A stretch of 64,000 bases of DNA from Alphaproteobacteria bacterium (lineage in GTDB: Bacteria > Pseudomonadota > Alphaproteobacteria > MPNO01 > UBA830): NCBI GenBank assembly GCA_965243135.1, contig OZ251539.1, forward strand, positions 4,416,001-4,480,000. The letters run 5' to 3'. How positions within the stretch are numbered: position 1 is the stretch's first letter; each line of letters begins with the position of its first letter. The notes under the pieces were generated by a model that did no database searches, was not told the origin of the DNA, and worked only from the letters and a program-made list of their open reading frames with translations. Of this stretch, positions 31,206 to 41,029 are shown in pieces. The position numbers were made by a program, and so were the translations under genes.

Positions 31206-34200
31206 CTATTGTTCCAATTCCTGCCCGAATTGGCGGAGCCGTTCCCGAAGTCTCTGGAAACGCTGGTCATCGATCAGTTCGGCGTCCACCACCTGAATCT
31301 GCTCCAGACACTCCCTCACTCCCCACGCCGATTTATAGTCAACTATCAACTCCAGAAAATCGAGCGCATACTCGGGAAACTTTTCGCAAAGCTTGGACTC
31401 CTTTAGTCGATACATCAGTCGGCCCGGATGTTGCGGCGGCAGTAACCAATGCCGAAGCTCGTCTAGCGCTTCTGGAAATGCGTCCCGTGCGGCGATACAC
31501 ACTTTAGCGAGGCTTTCCGAAACTGCGGGAGTCCTCAGATCAAGCGACCTCGGCCAGATCGACCGCAAATACGGCAGAGCACGGTTGCGCCAATATTCTG
31601 CTCGTTGCTCTCCTGAACTATCCAGTGCGCGAGACAGCGCGTTGGCAGCGATCTGTAATCCTTTCGGCGGCAATGCCTTGATGGCGGTCCGGAGTTCTTT
31701 CATGGTGAAAGTGTCGCCTCGGTCGAGCGCGGCAGAAGTCAGCAGAGCAGGATAGTGTTCTCGGTGCGGACCGAGCTTCTCGTAATGTTGCGCAGTATCA
31801 AGGAAGGGCCTCTTGATGCATTCCATCAAGGGATAGTAGAGACGACTCGACCAAAGAAGGCCTTCCCAAGCGGCGCACGCTTCGGCTTCGCAACTCCAGT
31901 CAAACAACGGTAACAGATGCCGCTCAGTCCATTCACGGTCCACGTTAAACAACGAAACGGCATGCGTGACGAGCAAAATGCGGCTATGACGGAATTTACC
32001 GATCCTCACATCGCAAAGGTCCGTGAATATAACGCGAAGTTCGTTGGGCAACGCTTGTTTATCCTCAGGCGAACTTCGATACCACCAATTCAACAATGCC
32101 TCGGTTACTTGGCCTGTCGGATGGCTGATGGCGCGGCTAAAGAGATCGTTCGTGTCTTGGTTCGCATCCTCTCCATCATCAAGCGCCAATATCCTGCGGC
32201 AAAGATCGAGAAACAGCGCCTCATGGCCATCGAACGTGTTGGAAAGGCTTTCCAGCCAGAAGCCGACGCCGTGTACGAGCTGACGCAGTACATCATCGGG
32301 CGCGATGGCCAAGACCGGTGCCATATACCGCCATGATTGCTTGATCAGTTTTTCATCAAACCAAGCCTCCAACGCCTCGTGCCAACGATCAATTGGCCAA
32401 TTGTCGTCTCTCGCAAGGGCGTACAATGCGCAGGCGGTAGTGGGAAAGTCCGCAAGACAACGCCGATCCCAATCGTCTTCGTTCGGCCATTGAGGTGTTT
32501 CGGGATGTTCGCGGATCCAGTGCACCAAATCGCGGCGGCGATGCGGCATAGCGACATGCCTTCGTAATTCGCTTCCATCTCCTATCCAAAAGGAAAACTC
32601 TTCGCGATTTTCTTCCTGGAGCCGCCAATCCGGATGACGCACGGTCAAGTTGTCGAATTTCGCCTTCGCGTCTTCTCCCAAGGCCGTACCCGCCTCGTTC
32701 ATCTTGGCAAGCCGCAACCAAACCTCCCTCTCGACGATCCGTATCCACCGTTCATCCTCAAGATCGTTCTCGTACATCGCGCGAGGTGGGCCAACGAGAA
32801 CGGCATGTTCCAGATCCGCCAACAAATCATCATCAAGCTTGGGCGACATCGTCGTCAGAAGCCGCATTACTTCGCGCCGGCACTGCGGCGACCAAAGCCA
32901 CCAGTGATCGTCTGCCAGAAGCCAGTCGAGCCCCTGCCGCAACGGTATAACGTCATCATGCATGGCCGAGAAGAAAGCCAATCGTCGAAACACCGGGTAT
33001 TTCACCCGTTGCCATGCTTCGGCGATGAATCTCGCCTGCTCCCGCGCGACCGCCGCAGTTGCGAGCCACGCGTCGCGAGCAAGCTCGATCAATGCCGTCC
33101 AATCGCGGAAATTTCTGTTCTGAGAATGCTCTTGGACCGAAGGTCGATGTACATAGGATCGATCTCTCCAGTCATCGGCCTCACCGAGTTCCCGCATCAA
33201 ATCCATCGCATCCCGCAGCAACGCGCCGAAGTCATCCAGCAGATCCGGCAGTGCCTCAGACCAGCACGGGCTACTGCGCAGGTCGCGCAAGTCGGAATGG
33301 GGACGATCCGAGGACAATACGACTTCGCATTCCACATGGATCCGCTCCGGCTCGTCCGGGATTTTACCATCTCCGTCCCAGCGGAATGGTGGACGCAGGG
33401 CAACGCGCGGAGTTAGCAGATCGCGTAGTTCGAAGCGCAAAGCCGTTGTAAGGCCATCGCGCTCGAAACGTTCCCGCCATTGGAAAATGTCGGCGGTTGA
33501 CAACAACGATTTCATCCGCCCGACGAGCAGCAACCGCCAGAGCGTCCGCATGAACGGTCTAGGAATGGCCCGGGGTGCACTGTCGCGTATACGGTCCAAT
33601 TCGTCCGTATTGCCGTCGGTTTCGAGTTGGCCGAGTTCCTCCAAGCGCCATTCAATGCGCCTAATGAGCTCAGGGTGAAGCCGACCCCCACGCTTCGTCA
33701 GCCACAACAGAAGCTTCGGGTCGTCAAGATGTCGCAGCAGCCAGTGCGCCAGATTGGACATGACATCGTCCCACTCTCTGCCGGTGCCCCCCTCGTCCAC
33801 CAGCGACATCCAAGGCGCACGGGTATGGGGACAGGGCCTGAGGATCAGGCCGTATGTCAACTTGTCGTTTCCGTCCGCGTGAGGCGTTACACCGAAACGG
33901 CTCAGGTCGATGTGCCTGTAGCGCTTCTCACTAAGAGGCTCAAGCCAGTCCAGGGACGGGACCGGATCGTGGTCGGCAAAGCGTTTGGCGGGCAAGCCAC
34001 TAGGATCGCTCAAAGCCCACAATACGCGGCCAACGAAATCGTCCTGGCTCGCGCTCGCCAGAGGGATCGAACTTGCGTACCGGGTAACGATCTGTTCCTT
34101 GCCGAACACCCCATCGCGGTAGATTTTCGCCCACTCGCGCAATGTCCTGTGCAGATATTGGTGATGACGGAATTCACGGTACAGGATGGGCGTTACGTTC

Positions 34201-34988
34201 CTCGCCTTCCACTTGTTGGTTTGTTCTTTTTCCTTACTCTTCGAACAACTGCCGAAGGCGAACATTTCCAAAGGCGCTTCGCCTAACAGGCGGTCAGCGG
34301 CCAGAGCGTCCGTCATGTAACGCAGCACCGGATCGTCGATGCTGTACCCGACGAAACAGACGGTGTAGTTTTGGAACAGTTCACCGACGAATCGCGCTGC
34401 CCAACGTTCGATCAGGTAGGCAAGCCCGAAATCGCCGCTAGAGACGACCAAGCGATCCAGCTCCTGAGCGGAAGGCTCCGCCGATAGCAAGCCGTGCAGA
34501 TAGACGAGGCCGTCCCACCGGCTTTTTGGCACCGGCAACATCGGCGCCCGAAAACGCTCGACCTCAAGGTTCGTTTCGTCGATCGCTTTCTCGAACAGCC
34601 GGTCGAAGTTTGTGGTGACGAGCCGTGTCCGACCCTCGCGAGTCTGGCTCAACGTCAGCAATGCCTTGTGGGTGGCGTTCACCCCGATCGTATCCAAGTT
34701 CGGGGCTAGGATTCTCGCCAGTTCCGTCCGCACTACTTCGCGCCCGCCAACCACTCCGTTTTCCAGCAAGCTAATGGCCGTATCGAAGCGCTTGGTCTTG
34801 ATCGCAGCCTGCTGCTCAGCGTCAGGAGCGATGTTCAGATTGCCGTAAAGTTGGTCGACCAGTCTGGCAAAGCTTGGAAGGCCAGCCGGATAGGAGATAC
34901 CCGCGCCGCAGAACAACACTACATGGCCGTCCTCATGCGCCTGAAGCAGACGCTCTGGAATATCGGGGCCGTTTCTTACGAATCGCAT
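31206..34988 (-). CDS. dsr1: Defence-associated sirtuin Dsr1-like (SIR2 NADase with long C-terminal region)
   Basis: MRFVRNGPDIPERLLQAHEDG, FCGAGISYPAGLP, LVTTNFD, YLHG, FVGYSIDDP; 1260 aa. Confidence 0.87.
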   Translation of the reverse strand: MRFVRNGPDIPERLLQAHEDGHVVLFCGAGISYPAGLPSFARLVDQLYGNLNIAPDAEQQAAIKTKRFDTAISLLENGVVGGREVVRTELARILAPNLDTIGVNATHKALLTLSQTREGRTRLVTTNFDRLFEKAIDETNLEVERFRAPMLPVPKSRWDGLVYLHGLLSAEPSAQELDRLVVSSGDFGLAYLIERWAARFVGELFQNYTVCFVGYSIDDPVLRYMTDALAADRLLGEAPLEMFAFGSCSKSKEKEQTNKWKARNVTPILYREFRHHQYLHRTLREWAKIYRDGVFGKEQIVTRYASSIPLASASQDDFVGRVLWALSDPSGLPAKRFADHDPVPSLDWLEPLSEKRYRHIDLSRFGVTPHADGNDKLTYGLILRPCPHTRAPWMSLVDEGGTGREWDDVMSNLAHWLLRHLDDPKLLLWLTKRGGRLHPELIRRIEWRLEELGQLETDGNTDELDRIRDSAPRAIPRPFMRTLWRLLLVGRMKSLLSTADIFQWRERFERDGLTTALRFELRDLLTPRVALRPPFRWDGDGKIPDEPERIHVECEVVLSSDRPHSDLRDLRSSPCWSEALPDLLDDFGALLRDAMDLMRELGEADDWRDRSYVHRPSVQEHSQNRNFRDWTALIELARDAWLATAAVAREQARFIAEAWQRVKYPVFRRLAFFSAMHDDVIPLRQGLDWLLADDHWWLWSPQCRREVMRLLTTMSPKLDDDLLADLEHAVLVGPPRAMYENDLEDERWIRIVEREVWLRLAKMNEAGTALGEDAKAKFDNLTVRHPDWRLQEENREEFSFWIGDGSELRRHVAMPHRRRDLVHWIREHPETPQWPNEDDWDRRCLADFPTTACALYALARDDNWPIDRWHEALEAWFDEKLIKQSWRYMAPVLAIAPDDVLRQLVHGVGFWLESLSNTFDGHEALFLDLCRRILALDDGEDANQDTNDLFSRAISHPTGQVTEALLNWWYRSSPEDKQALPNELRVIFTDLCDVRIGKFRHSRILLVTHAVSLFNVDREWTERHLLPLFDWSCEAEACAAWEGLLWSSRLYYPLMECIKRPFLDTAQHYEKLGPHREHYPALLTSAALDRGDTFTMKELRTAIKALPPKGLQIAANALSRALDSSGEQRAEYWRNRALPYLRSIWPRSLDLRTPAVSESLAKVCIAARDAFPEALDELRHWLLPPQHPGRLMYRLKESKLCEKFPEYALDFLELIVDYKSAWGVRECLEQIQVVDAELIDDQRFQRLRERLRQFGQELEQ

Positions 34989-35014
34989 TTGACCTCACCC
35001 ACGAAACATCGTCG

Positions 35015-35800
35015 TCACCTTAATTCTCCACCATTGATCCCAACGGAGTTGCGTGCGTTTGTGGAGCCGAACCAAATATCCATTCCTGAGAATTTTATCT
35101 CCTCGGCACCACTTGGAAGCGCGAGCAAATCGAAAACCCCGCTATGACATTCAATCCACACCGCCGTTTCCGGCGACATCCACCTGATCGCATCCAGAAT
35201 GCGTTCGTGATCCTTGGCTAAATCTCGCGAGAAGATCGGTTCGTGATGAGCAATCCGGTTTCGCAAGGTTCTCAGATCGTTCAGTGGGCCGTGAGCCTGT
35301 TTTCGCGTCAGTTTCTCGCGATACGGAAACGCTTGGCGAAGCGCCGGCCGCCAAAGCGTCCTCTGGTAATTCGCCTTGCGTCCTGCGGGCATTCGCCCGC
35401 TAGGCCCGATGAGCGAAACCCAGAACCCGAACAACAGCTTAGCCACGAACGGACCGTTCCCGTCGCCGGAGTGCGCCAGTTTCGACCTCGCGTCCTCGAT
35501 CCGATCAAGTGCGCCCTTGTCGAGGCCTGCGCTCGGATTGTTGTACCACGCCGGGCCGTATCGTTCGGCGAGTCGTCCGTGCATGGCGTTTCGCAAGGTT
35601 ATTTCCAACGTCTGTAGTGGCCCGTAAAATGCGGCACTGATGTCGGTATTCCAGACATAGAGCCGTATCGCCTTTTCTGGATCGCCCCGAGTCGCGATGA
35701 GATAGGTATTCAGGCGCTCACGCGAGAGCGACACCTCAAGCTCGTGGAGACTATCTTGCGTATAGGAGAAGCCCTTGACATGCGCCCCGCTACCCATCAT
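35015..35800 (-). CDS. Abi family (Abi_2/AbiF-like) HEPN RNase
   Basis: LSRERLNTY, LEITLRN, FGFWV, HEPN motif RNRIAH(HEPI). Confidence 0.85.
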   Translation of the reverse strand: MMGSGAHVKGFSYTQDSLHELEVSLSRERLNTYLIATRGDPEKAIRLYVWNTDISAAFYGPLQTLEITLRNAMHGRLAERYGPAWYNNPSAGLDKGALDRIEDARSKLAHSGDGNGPFVAKLLFGFWVSLIGPSGRMPAGRKANYQRTLWRPALRQAFPYREKLTRKQAHGPLNDLRTLRNRIAHHEPIFSRDLAKDHERILDAIRWMSPETAVWIECHSGVFDLLALPSGAEEIKFSGMDIWFGSTNARNSVGINGGELR

Positions 35801-35862
35801 GTTGCCCTCGTACACCCCGGACCCGCCTCTGCCTCTCGGTATGCGCCCGGGGTCTTGCTTTA
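35775..35862 (+). ncRNA. Putative abiF-type structured RNA: TTGACA promoter box and hairpin at the 5' end of the Abi gene
   Basis: TTGACA at 35775-35780; stem ACCCCGG (35814-35820) pairs with CCGGGGT (35847-35853), followed by a T-rich stretch. Confidence 0.45.
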
Positions 35863-36218
35863 CGAACTCCCCCGGTTTTCACCTTTGCTGGCCGATTGCG
35901 CCTGGGTTGGGAGACCATCCGGCGGGCCGCTCTCCTCATCACCTTGCGAAACTCCGGCTCAAGATTCCGCAGGCGTTTCACCAAACCGCCGAGGATATCT
36001 TGCCGTTGTGACTGACCTGTTGCTGCTGCGTATGTTCGACCAACCGGACGGTTTCGAGTTCCTCGGCTGGACATGACGCAGGCTCGCCCCCACGCCGGAG
36101 ACGACCTTGCAAAGCCTCCGTTCACGCCGGGAATCGCAAAGTCGCTTGCGAGCGGCGTCCATGCGATCCCCGGCCGCCGCTGCGCCCGCCGCGCGGCGCT
36201 GAGGCCAGGCGCACTGAC

Positions 36219-36320
36219 GCCGGACGCCCGGTTTCCACTTGCTTCGTTCAACATCTCCTTCTCCAACAAGGTTGTTGGCAACAATATCGTTGGAAAATGA
36301 CGGATGTCAAGCGGCAAATT
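36219..36320 (-). pseudogene. 5' remnant (promoter, RBS, first ~12 codons) of a paralogue of the 29853-31085 ATPase
   Basis: Same operator boxes; AAGGAG RBS; MLNEASGNRASG versus MKKAGGNWVSG. Confidence 0.5.
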
Positions 36321-36877
36321 CCGGTTTCCCGAAAAAATTCCAAGCCGCCGCACGGCGAACACGGCCCGGACACGGACGATGGCCTCGCGAAACGGCGGAA
36401 ACGCTGCGATTTCGCCAAGCGAAAACAGAGGGTGCCGCTCCAAGCCATCAAAAAAAGAGGATTATTCGCGAAAGCGGCCGCGGGCCGCTCCCGACCCGGA
36501 TCCCGCCGGAATATTCTGCTGGCCGCCTTGCCCCGGCGCGAGTTGGACTTCACGCCATCGCCTATCGCTTGCGGCGTGGCCTGCATCGACCGGAGTTGGC
36601 CGCCGCGATCCCCAAGGCTTCCCGACGGCGTCCATTTCGGAACCCGCCCGTCCTCCCCGTATCTCCATGCGCCGCACGCCGACTCGCGCGCGGAAAAGCG
36701 GAAGGCTCCAACGCCCCTCCCCCGGCGAACCGGAGACCGCGCGGATTCGGCGGCAGCGCAGAGTTCGCGGATGCCAGTCGAAGCTTTCCGGACGAAAGGC
36801 CGAAAACGCGGCGGCACCGCCGCGCCTTTCGTCAAATAATAGTTGATTCCATGAATCGGTGACGCTACTTTCGGCGT

Positions 36878-39025
36878 ATGCAAGTTGGACTTCACCGTTT
36901 CCATGCGGACAGTATCGAGTGGTTCCGAGCGGCAGTCGCCGAGGGTGGTCGCACCCGGCGTCAGTTGGCCCACGGGCTGTGCGAGCGCGAGAACTGGCGC
37001 AATGAGAAGGGCGAACTTTGCCTCGCCTCGGCGCGACGGATCCTGCCGAAGCTCGCCGGGAAACTCGGGATCGCCTTGCCGCCGCCGCAGGAGCGCCTGC
37101 CGCAGAAGGCGCCGGCCCGGAATTTTCCGAACCTGTCGCTTCGCTGCAGTCTGGCGGAGGTCGGAGAAGTCGCGCTGGAACCGGTTTCTGGGAGCGCCGA
37201 CAAGGAGCGGTGGGCGATGGCAACCCCGCAGCGATGGATGCGTCCGCCGGGCGCGCAAAGGTGTTACTGGATCGTGTCGTCCCGTCATGGCCGACTGGGC
37301 GGCATCGCTTTCTGCGCCGCCAGTTGGCACCAGAAAGCGCGCGATGAGTTCATCGGCTGGTCGGCGGACGCACGGGTCGCCAACCTGCAAGGTCAACAAT
37401 AACCGGTTTCTGCTGTTGCCGGGGGTGCGCGTGCGCGGGCTTGCGTCGCACGTTCTCGACCTCGCGGCGACGCGACTGCCCGGCGATTGGGAAGCCGCCT
37501 ACGGCGTGCGTCCGGCCTACACTTACGTCTCTCCCGACCAGCGCTTGCTATCGCGCGGCAGGATGGGAGCGTTGCGGCAGGCCGACGTCGGGGTTGCCGC
37601 CAGGCGCCATGGAGAGGGGCGTCGCACGGTCGGTCGAAGCCGCTGGCCGCCGACTGGAAAGAGCGGCTGCGCCGGGAACCGGAACGGATGCTCGGCCTCG
37701 CCCCGGAGGCACCTCCGTCCGACGATTGGGCGGAATGGGACGCGGAACGCACCCGGACGGACGCATTCGCGGTGGTACGAATGGGGCGCGCATGGGAGGC
37801 ACGGCCCGGCGAACCGGTACCGGTGCCCGGACAAGGAAGATCAGAAAGCAGCCTACCGGCTGCTGTCGAATCCGAGGGTGAGCATGGAGCACGTTCTCGA
37901 GTCGCACAAGGAATGCATGGTCGAGCGCTGCCGCAAGGAGCGCGTGGTTCTAGCGGTCCAGGACACGACGATGCTGAATTACAACGGCCTGCAAGCCACC
38001 TGGTGCCGCTCGGCGGCGGCGGGTCGGGAACCAAAGGCATTGCCGCCCACTTCGGACTTGCGACCTCAAGACGCCCGCTCGGGGTCTTCGAGATCGACGC
38101 CACCATGCGCGACGACAAGGACGAAAGCGAGAGCGTCCGCTGGCCACTTCGACAAGGCGCAGGAAATCGCGCGCGCCTGCCCCGACACGCAGGTCATCAC
38201 CGTGTGCGACCGGGAAGGGGATGGAACTGCTGTCGAGGGCGGTCGCGGCGGGTGCCGGCCTGGTGGTGCGCGCCTGCCGCTCGAAGCGGCGGCGCGTGCT
38301 GTGCGAAGATGGCAGCAAAAAAGGGCTTTGGAACCACATGGCGGAACAGCCGGTGCTGACCCGGAGGTCGCTGAACCTCGCCGCCTGCGGCGGCAAGCGG
38401 GCGCGCAAGAAACGCGAGGTGACGCTTGACATCCGCGCCGCCCGCGTCCGGCTCGTGCCGCCCGGCGACAGGACCGGCGACGCGCCTCTCTCCATGCTCG
38501 CCGTGTCGGTCGCAGGACCGCAAGGCCTCGACTGGCTGTTGCTCACGACGGAGGGCAAACCCGAGAAAGACGACGCGGTGCGCGTCGTAAAGTGGTACGA
38601 ACGGCGCTGGACGGAATACTTCAAGGCCCTCAAGTCCGGCATGGGCATCGAAGACCGGCGGTTCGACGATGCCGACGACCTCCGAAAGTGCCTTGCTTTC
38701 GACGCCATTACCGCATGCCGGGTCTTCGACTTCCAGCGCATGGCGCGGGACAGGCCGGACGCCCCCGCCGCCGAAGTCGCGGACGAAGATGAAATTGCGG
38801 TGCTTTACCTTGCCGAACGAGGCATGGTCAAGAGCAGGCCGCCGCCCGAAAACCTCGACGTCCGGACCTTCGTGGTCGACGTGGGACGGCTCGCGGGCTT
38901 CATCCCAACGCCAGCCCTTGCCCGGGACCATCTGGCAGGGCTACGGCTACCTCAAGGCCTACGTTCAAATATACAAGGCGCTACGGAACAACGACATGCT
39001 CAAGGACTCGACAATGGGGGGATGA
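36878..39025 (+). mobile_element. Degenerate IS4-family (IS50-like) transposase with N-terminal DUF4338 domain; multiple frameshifts
   Basis: DUF4338 pieces (RDEFIGWS, NNNRFLLLPGVRVRGLASHVL) and IS4 pieces (AAYRLLSN, VLAVQDTT, VCDREGD, WLLLTT, YERRWTEYFKALKSG) spread over all three frames. Confidence 0.85.
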
Positions 39026-39047
39026 AAGCCGCCGCGCGGCCCGACCG

Positions 39048-39653
39048 CTATGCCGCCCAGATTTCCTCGACGATCGACTCCGAGGCGAGCGCCACCAGCG
39101 CCACGTCCGTGCGGCCGCCGTCGAATACGGCGACTTCGACGGCGAACCGGCGACGGTCGCCGACCAGCCGGTAGTGATCGAAGCCCTCCCCTCCCGGCAA
39201 ATCCGTCGCGGAACCCGGGTCGCCCTCGTGGCGGTAGCCTTGATGAGCCGCTTCCTGACGGTAGACCGGCGCGGTCCAACCCTCCAGTTCCGGCAGTTCC
39301 CGGCGCCGCTTCAAGGTCAGATTGGGCGGTTCGTCGGGGTCGAACAGTCGAGCGAACTTGTCCAGATCGAACAGGCGTTTCACCGTCGGCCGCTGAATCC
39401 GGAGCGCCACCGCCAGCGTGTCGCGCTCGTCCCGCCAGAGCTCGCGCCCGCCGTCGAACCCCAGCACGCGCCGAATCTTGCCCGCGCCGCCGAGGTCGAG
39501 AGCGTGCACCGAGGCGACCTGCAACTCGGCCTGCGACAACCCGTGGGGAGCGACGAAGCCGAACTTCACGAAATCGCCGGACCGGAGATCCCAGGCATGG
39601 GCTGCCTGGCGCGGCGGCGGTTCCTCCTTCCGGCCGAACAGGCGGCGCAACAT
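39048..39653 (-). CDS. YjfK-like (DUF2491) protein
   Basis: MLRRLFGRK start and AVEVAVFDGGRTDV; directly follows pspA in a yjf-type operon. Confidence 0.65.
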   Translation of the reverse strand: MLRRLFGRKEEPPPRQAAHAWDLRSGDFVKFGFVAPHGLSQAELQVASVHALDLGGAGKIRRVLGFDGGRELWRDERDTLAVALRIQRPTVKRLFDLDKFARLFDPDEPPNLTLKRRRELPELEGWTAPVYRQEAAHQGYRHEGDPGSATDLPGGEGFDHYRLVGDRRRFAVEVAVFDGGRTDVALVALASESIVEEIWAA

Positions 39654-40345
39654 CACCCGCCGCGTTTGGCCTTGATCCGCGCCAGGACGTCGCTTGCGCC
39701 GCCGCCGCCCGACACGATTCCGGCTTCCTTCAGCCTGCGCTCGAGATCCCCGCCCTCGGCCTCGTTGGCGAGCTGCGCCGCGGCCTCCATGCGGTCGGCG
39801 CGTTCCTGCTGCCGCTTCTTGATCCTTTCGAGCGACTCGGCGGCGGAGGTCATGGAGGTGGCCGTGCCGGAAAACCGTGCGTTCGCCGCTGCGCTGGCTT
39901 TCTGCACCCGCTCGGTCGCCTTGACCATGCTCACCTGACGCTTCATCGCGGCGATGTTGCGCTCGGTCGCCTTGATGCTGCGCTTGAGCTGGTTGACCCC
40001 GGAGTCGTACTGCGCATAGGCCTGCTCCTGAAGCTTCAGCTCGTCCTCGAACTGCGCGATGCGCTCCGCGACCTCAGTCGCGAGGGCCTCGTCGCCCTTG
40101 TCCAGAGCCTTCGCCGCATAGTCCTCGTGCTCGGCGATCGCCGACCTGAGCCGCGCCGTTTCGCGCTCCACGCTCTTGCGCTGCGCCATGACCTCGGTCA
40201 GCTGCGACTTGGCCGCGTTCAGTTCCTTTTCGGCGTCGCGCATCTCCTGATCCAGTATCCTGAGCGCCTGATGATCGACGATCGCCTGACCGGTTTCGGT
40301 GGCGCCGCCCTTCAGGGCCGTGAACATCTTCGCGAGAATTGCCAT
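39653..40345 (-). CDS. pspA: PspA/IM30 family protein (YjfJ-like)
   Basis: KMFTALKGGATETGQAIVDHQALRILDQEMRDAE; coiled coil; VLARIKAK end. Confidence 0.9.
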   Translation of the reverse strand: MAILAKMFTALKGGATETGQAIVDHQALRILDQEMRDAEKELNAAKSQLTEVMAQRKSVERETARLRSAIAEHEDYAAKALDKGDEALATEVAERIAQFEDELKLQEQAYAQYDSGVNQLKRSIKATERNIAAMKRQVSMVKATERVQKASAAANARFSGTATSMTSAAESLERIKKRQQERADRMEAAAQLANEAEGGDLERRLKEAGIVSGGGGASDVLARIKAKRGG

Positions 40346-40361
40346 GTCTCTGTCTCCTTCG

Positions 40362-40970
40362 TCAGTTGAGGTAAGGCGCGGCGGCTTCGAGCGCCTCGAG
40401 CGAGTTGTCGCTGAGCGTTTCGAGCTCCGTGACGACGTCGTCGATCGTCGATTCCGCGGAGAGAGCCCCGAACACCACGTACCGGTCGCCGATCTTGCCG
40501 AAGGACGACAGCGGCAGCGGAACGTTCATCTCCAGCAGCGTCTCCAGCAGCTCGGTCCGCCGCGCCGGCTTGACCTGCTGTTCGCTCCACAGATAGGTGA
40601 TGCAGAGGATCTGCTCCTCGTCGGCGGATACGAGGACAGGAAACTCCTCGCGATCTTCGACGACGACCTCGAAACCGTTTTCGTCGTCCGAATCCCGGGT
40701 GGAGAACGCGAATCCGTTCGGAGACGTAAAGTTGTCGAGGGTCTTGCGCAACAAACTGATATCCATGGCTTCCTTCCCGATTGAAAGTTCATTGGGCGAC
40801 GGCGCGACGCCGCGGCGCAGCAACTGCTCGATCCGACGCAGATACCGGCGATGCGCCGCCGGAATCCAGACCTCGACCGGCGTCAGGCCCGCTCGCTGGA
40901 GCCGTTCGCGCTGGCGCCGCTTGCGTTCGGCGACGCTCAGGGGGCGCTTCTCCCGCAGCGCGTCGTTCAT
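40362..40970 (-). CDS. YjfI (DUF2170) family protein with basic N-terminal extension
   Basis: REEFPVLVS, QILCITYLW, LPLSSFGKIGDRYVVFGALS. Confidence 0.8.
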   Translation of the reverse strand: MNDALREKRPLSVAERKRRQRERLQRAGLTPVEVWIPAAHRRYLRRIEQLLRRGVAPSPNELSIGKEAMDISLLRKTLDNFTSPNGFAFSTRDSDDENGFEVVVEDREEFPVLVSADEEQILCITYLWSEQQVKPARRTELLETLLEMNVPLPLSSFGKIGDRYVVFGALSAESTIDDVVTELETLSDNSLEALEAAAPYLN

Positions 40971-41029
40971 TGATCGAGGCCCCGCCGCTTCCGTGACATG
41001 TCACGATATGGGGGCCGCGCCGCGGATTG

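Noticed and set aside
36878-37560. DUF4338 as Druantia DruA
   Set aside because: Contiguous with IS4 transposase motifs and no DruE helicase or other dru genes nearby
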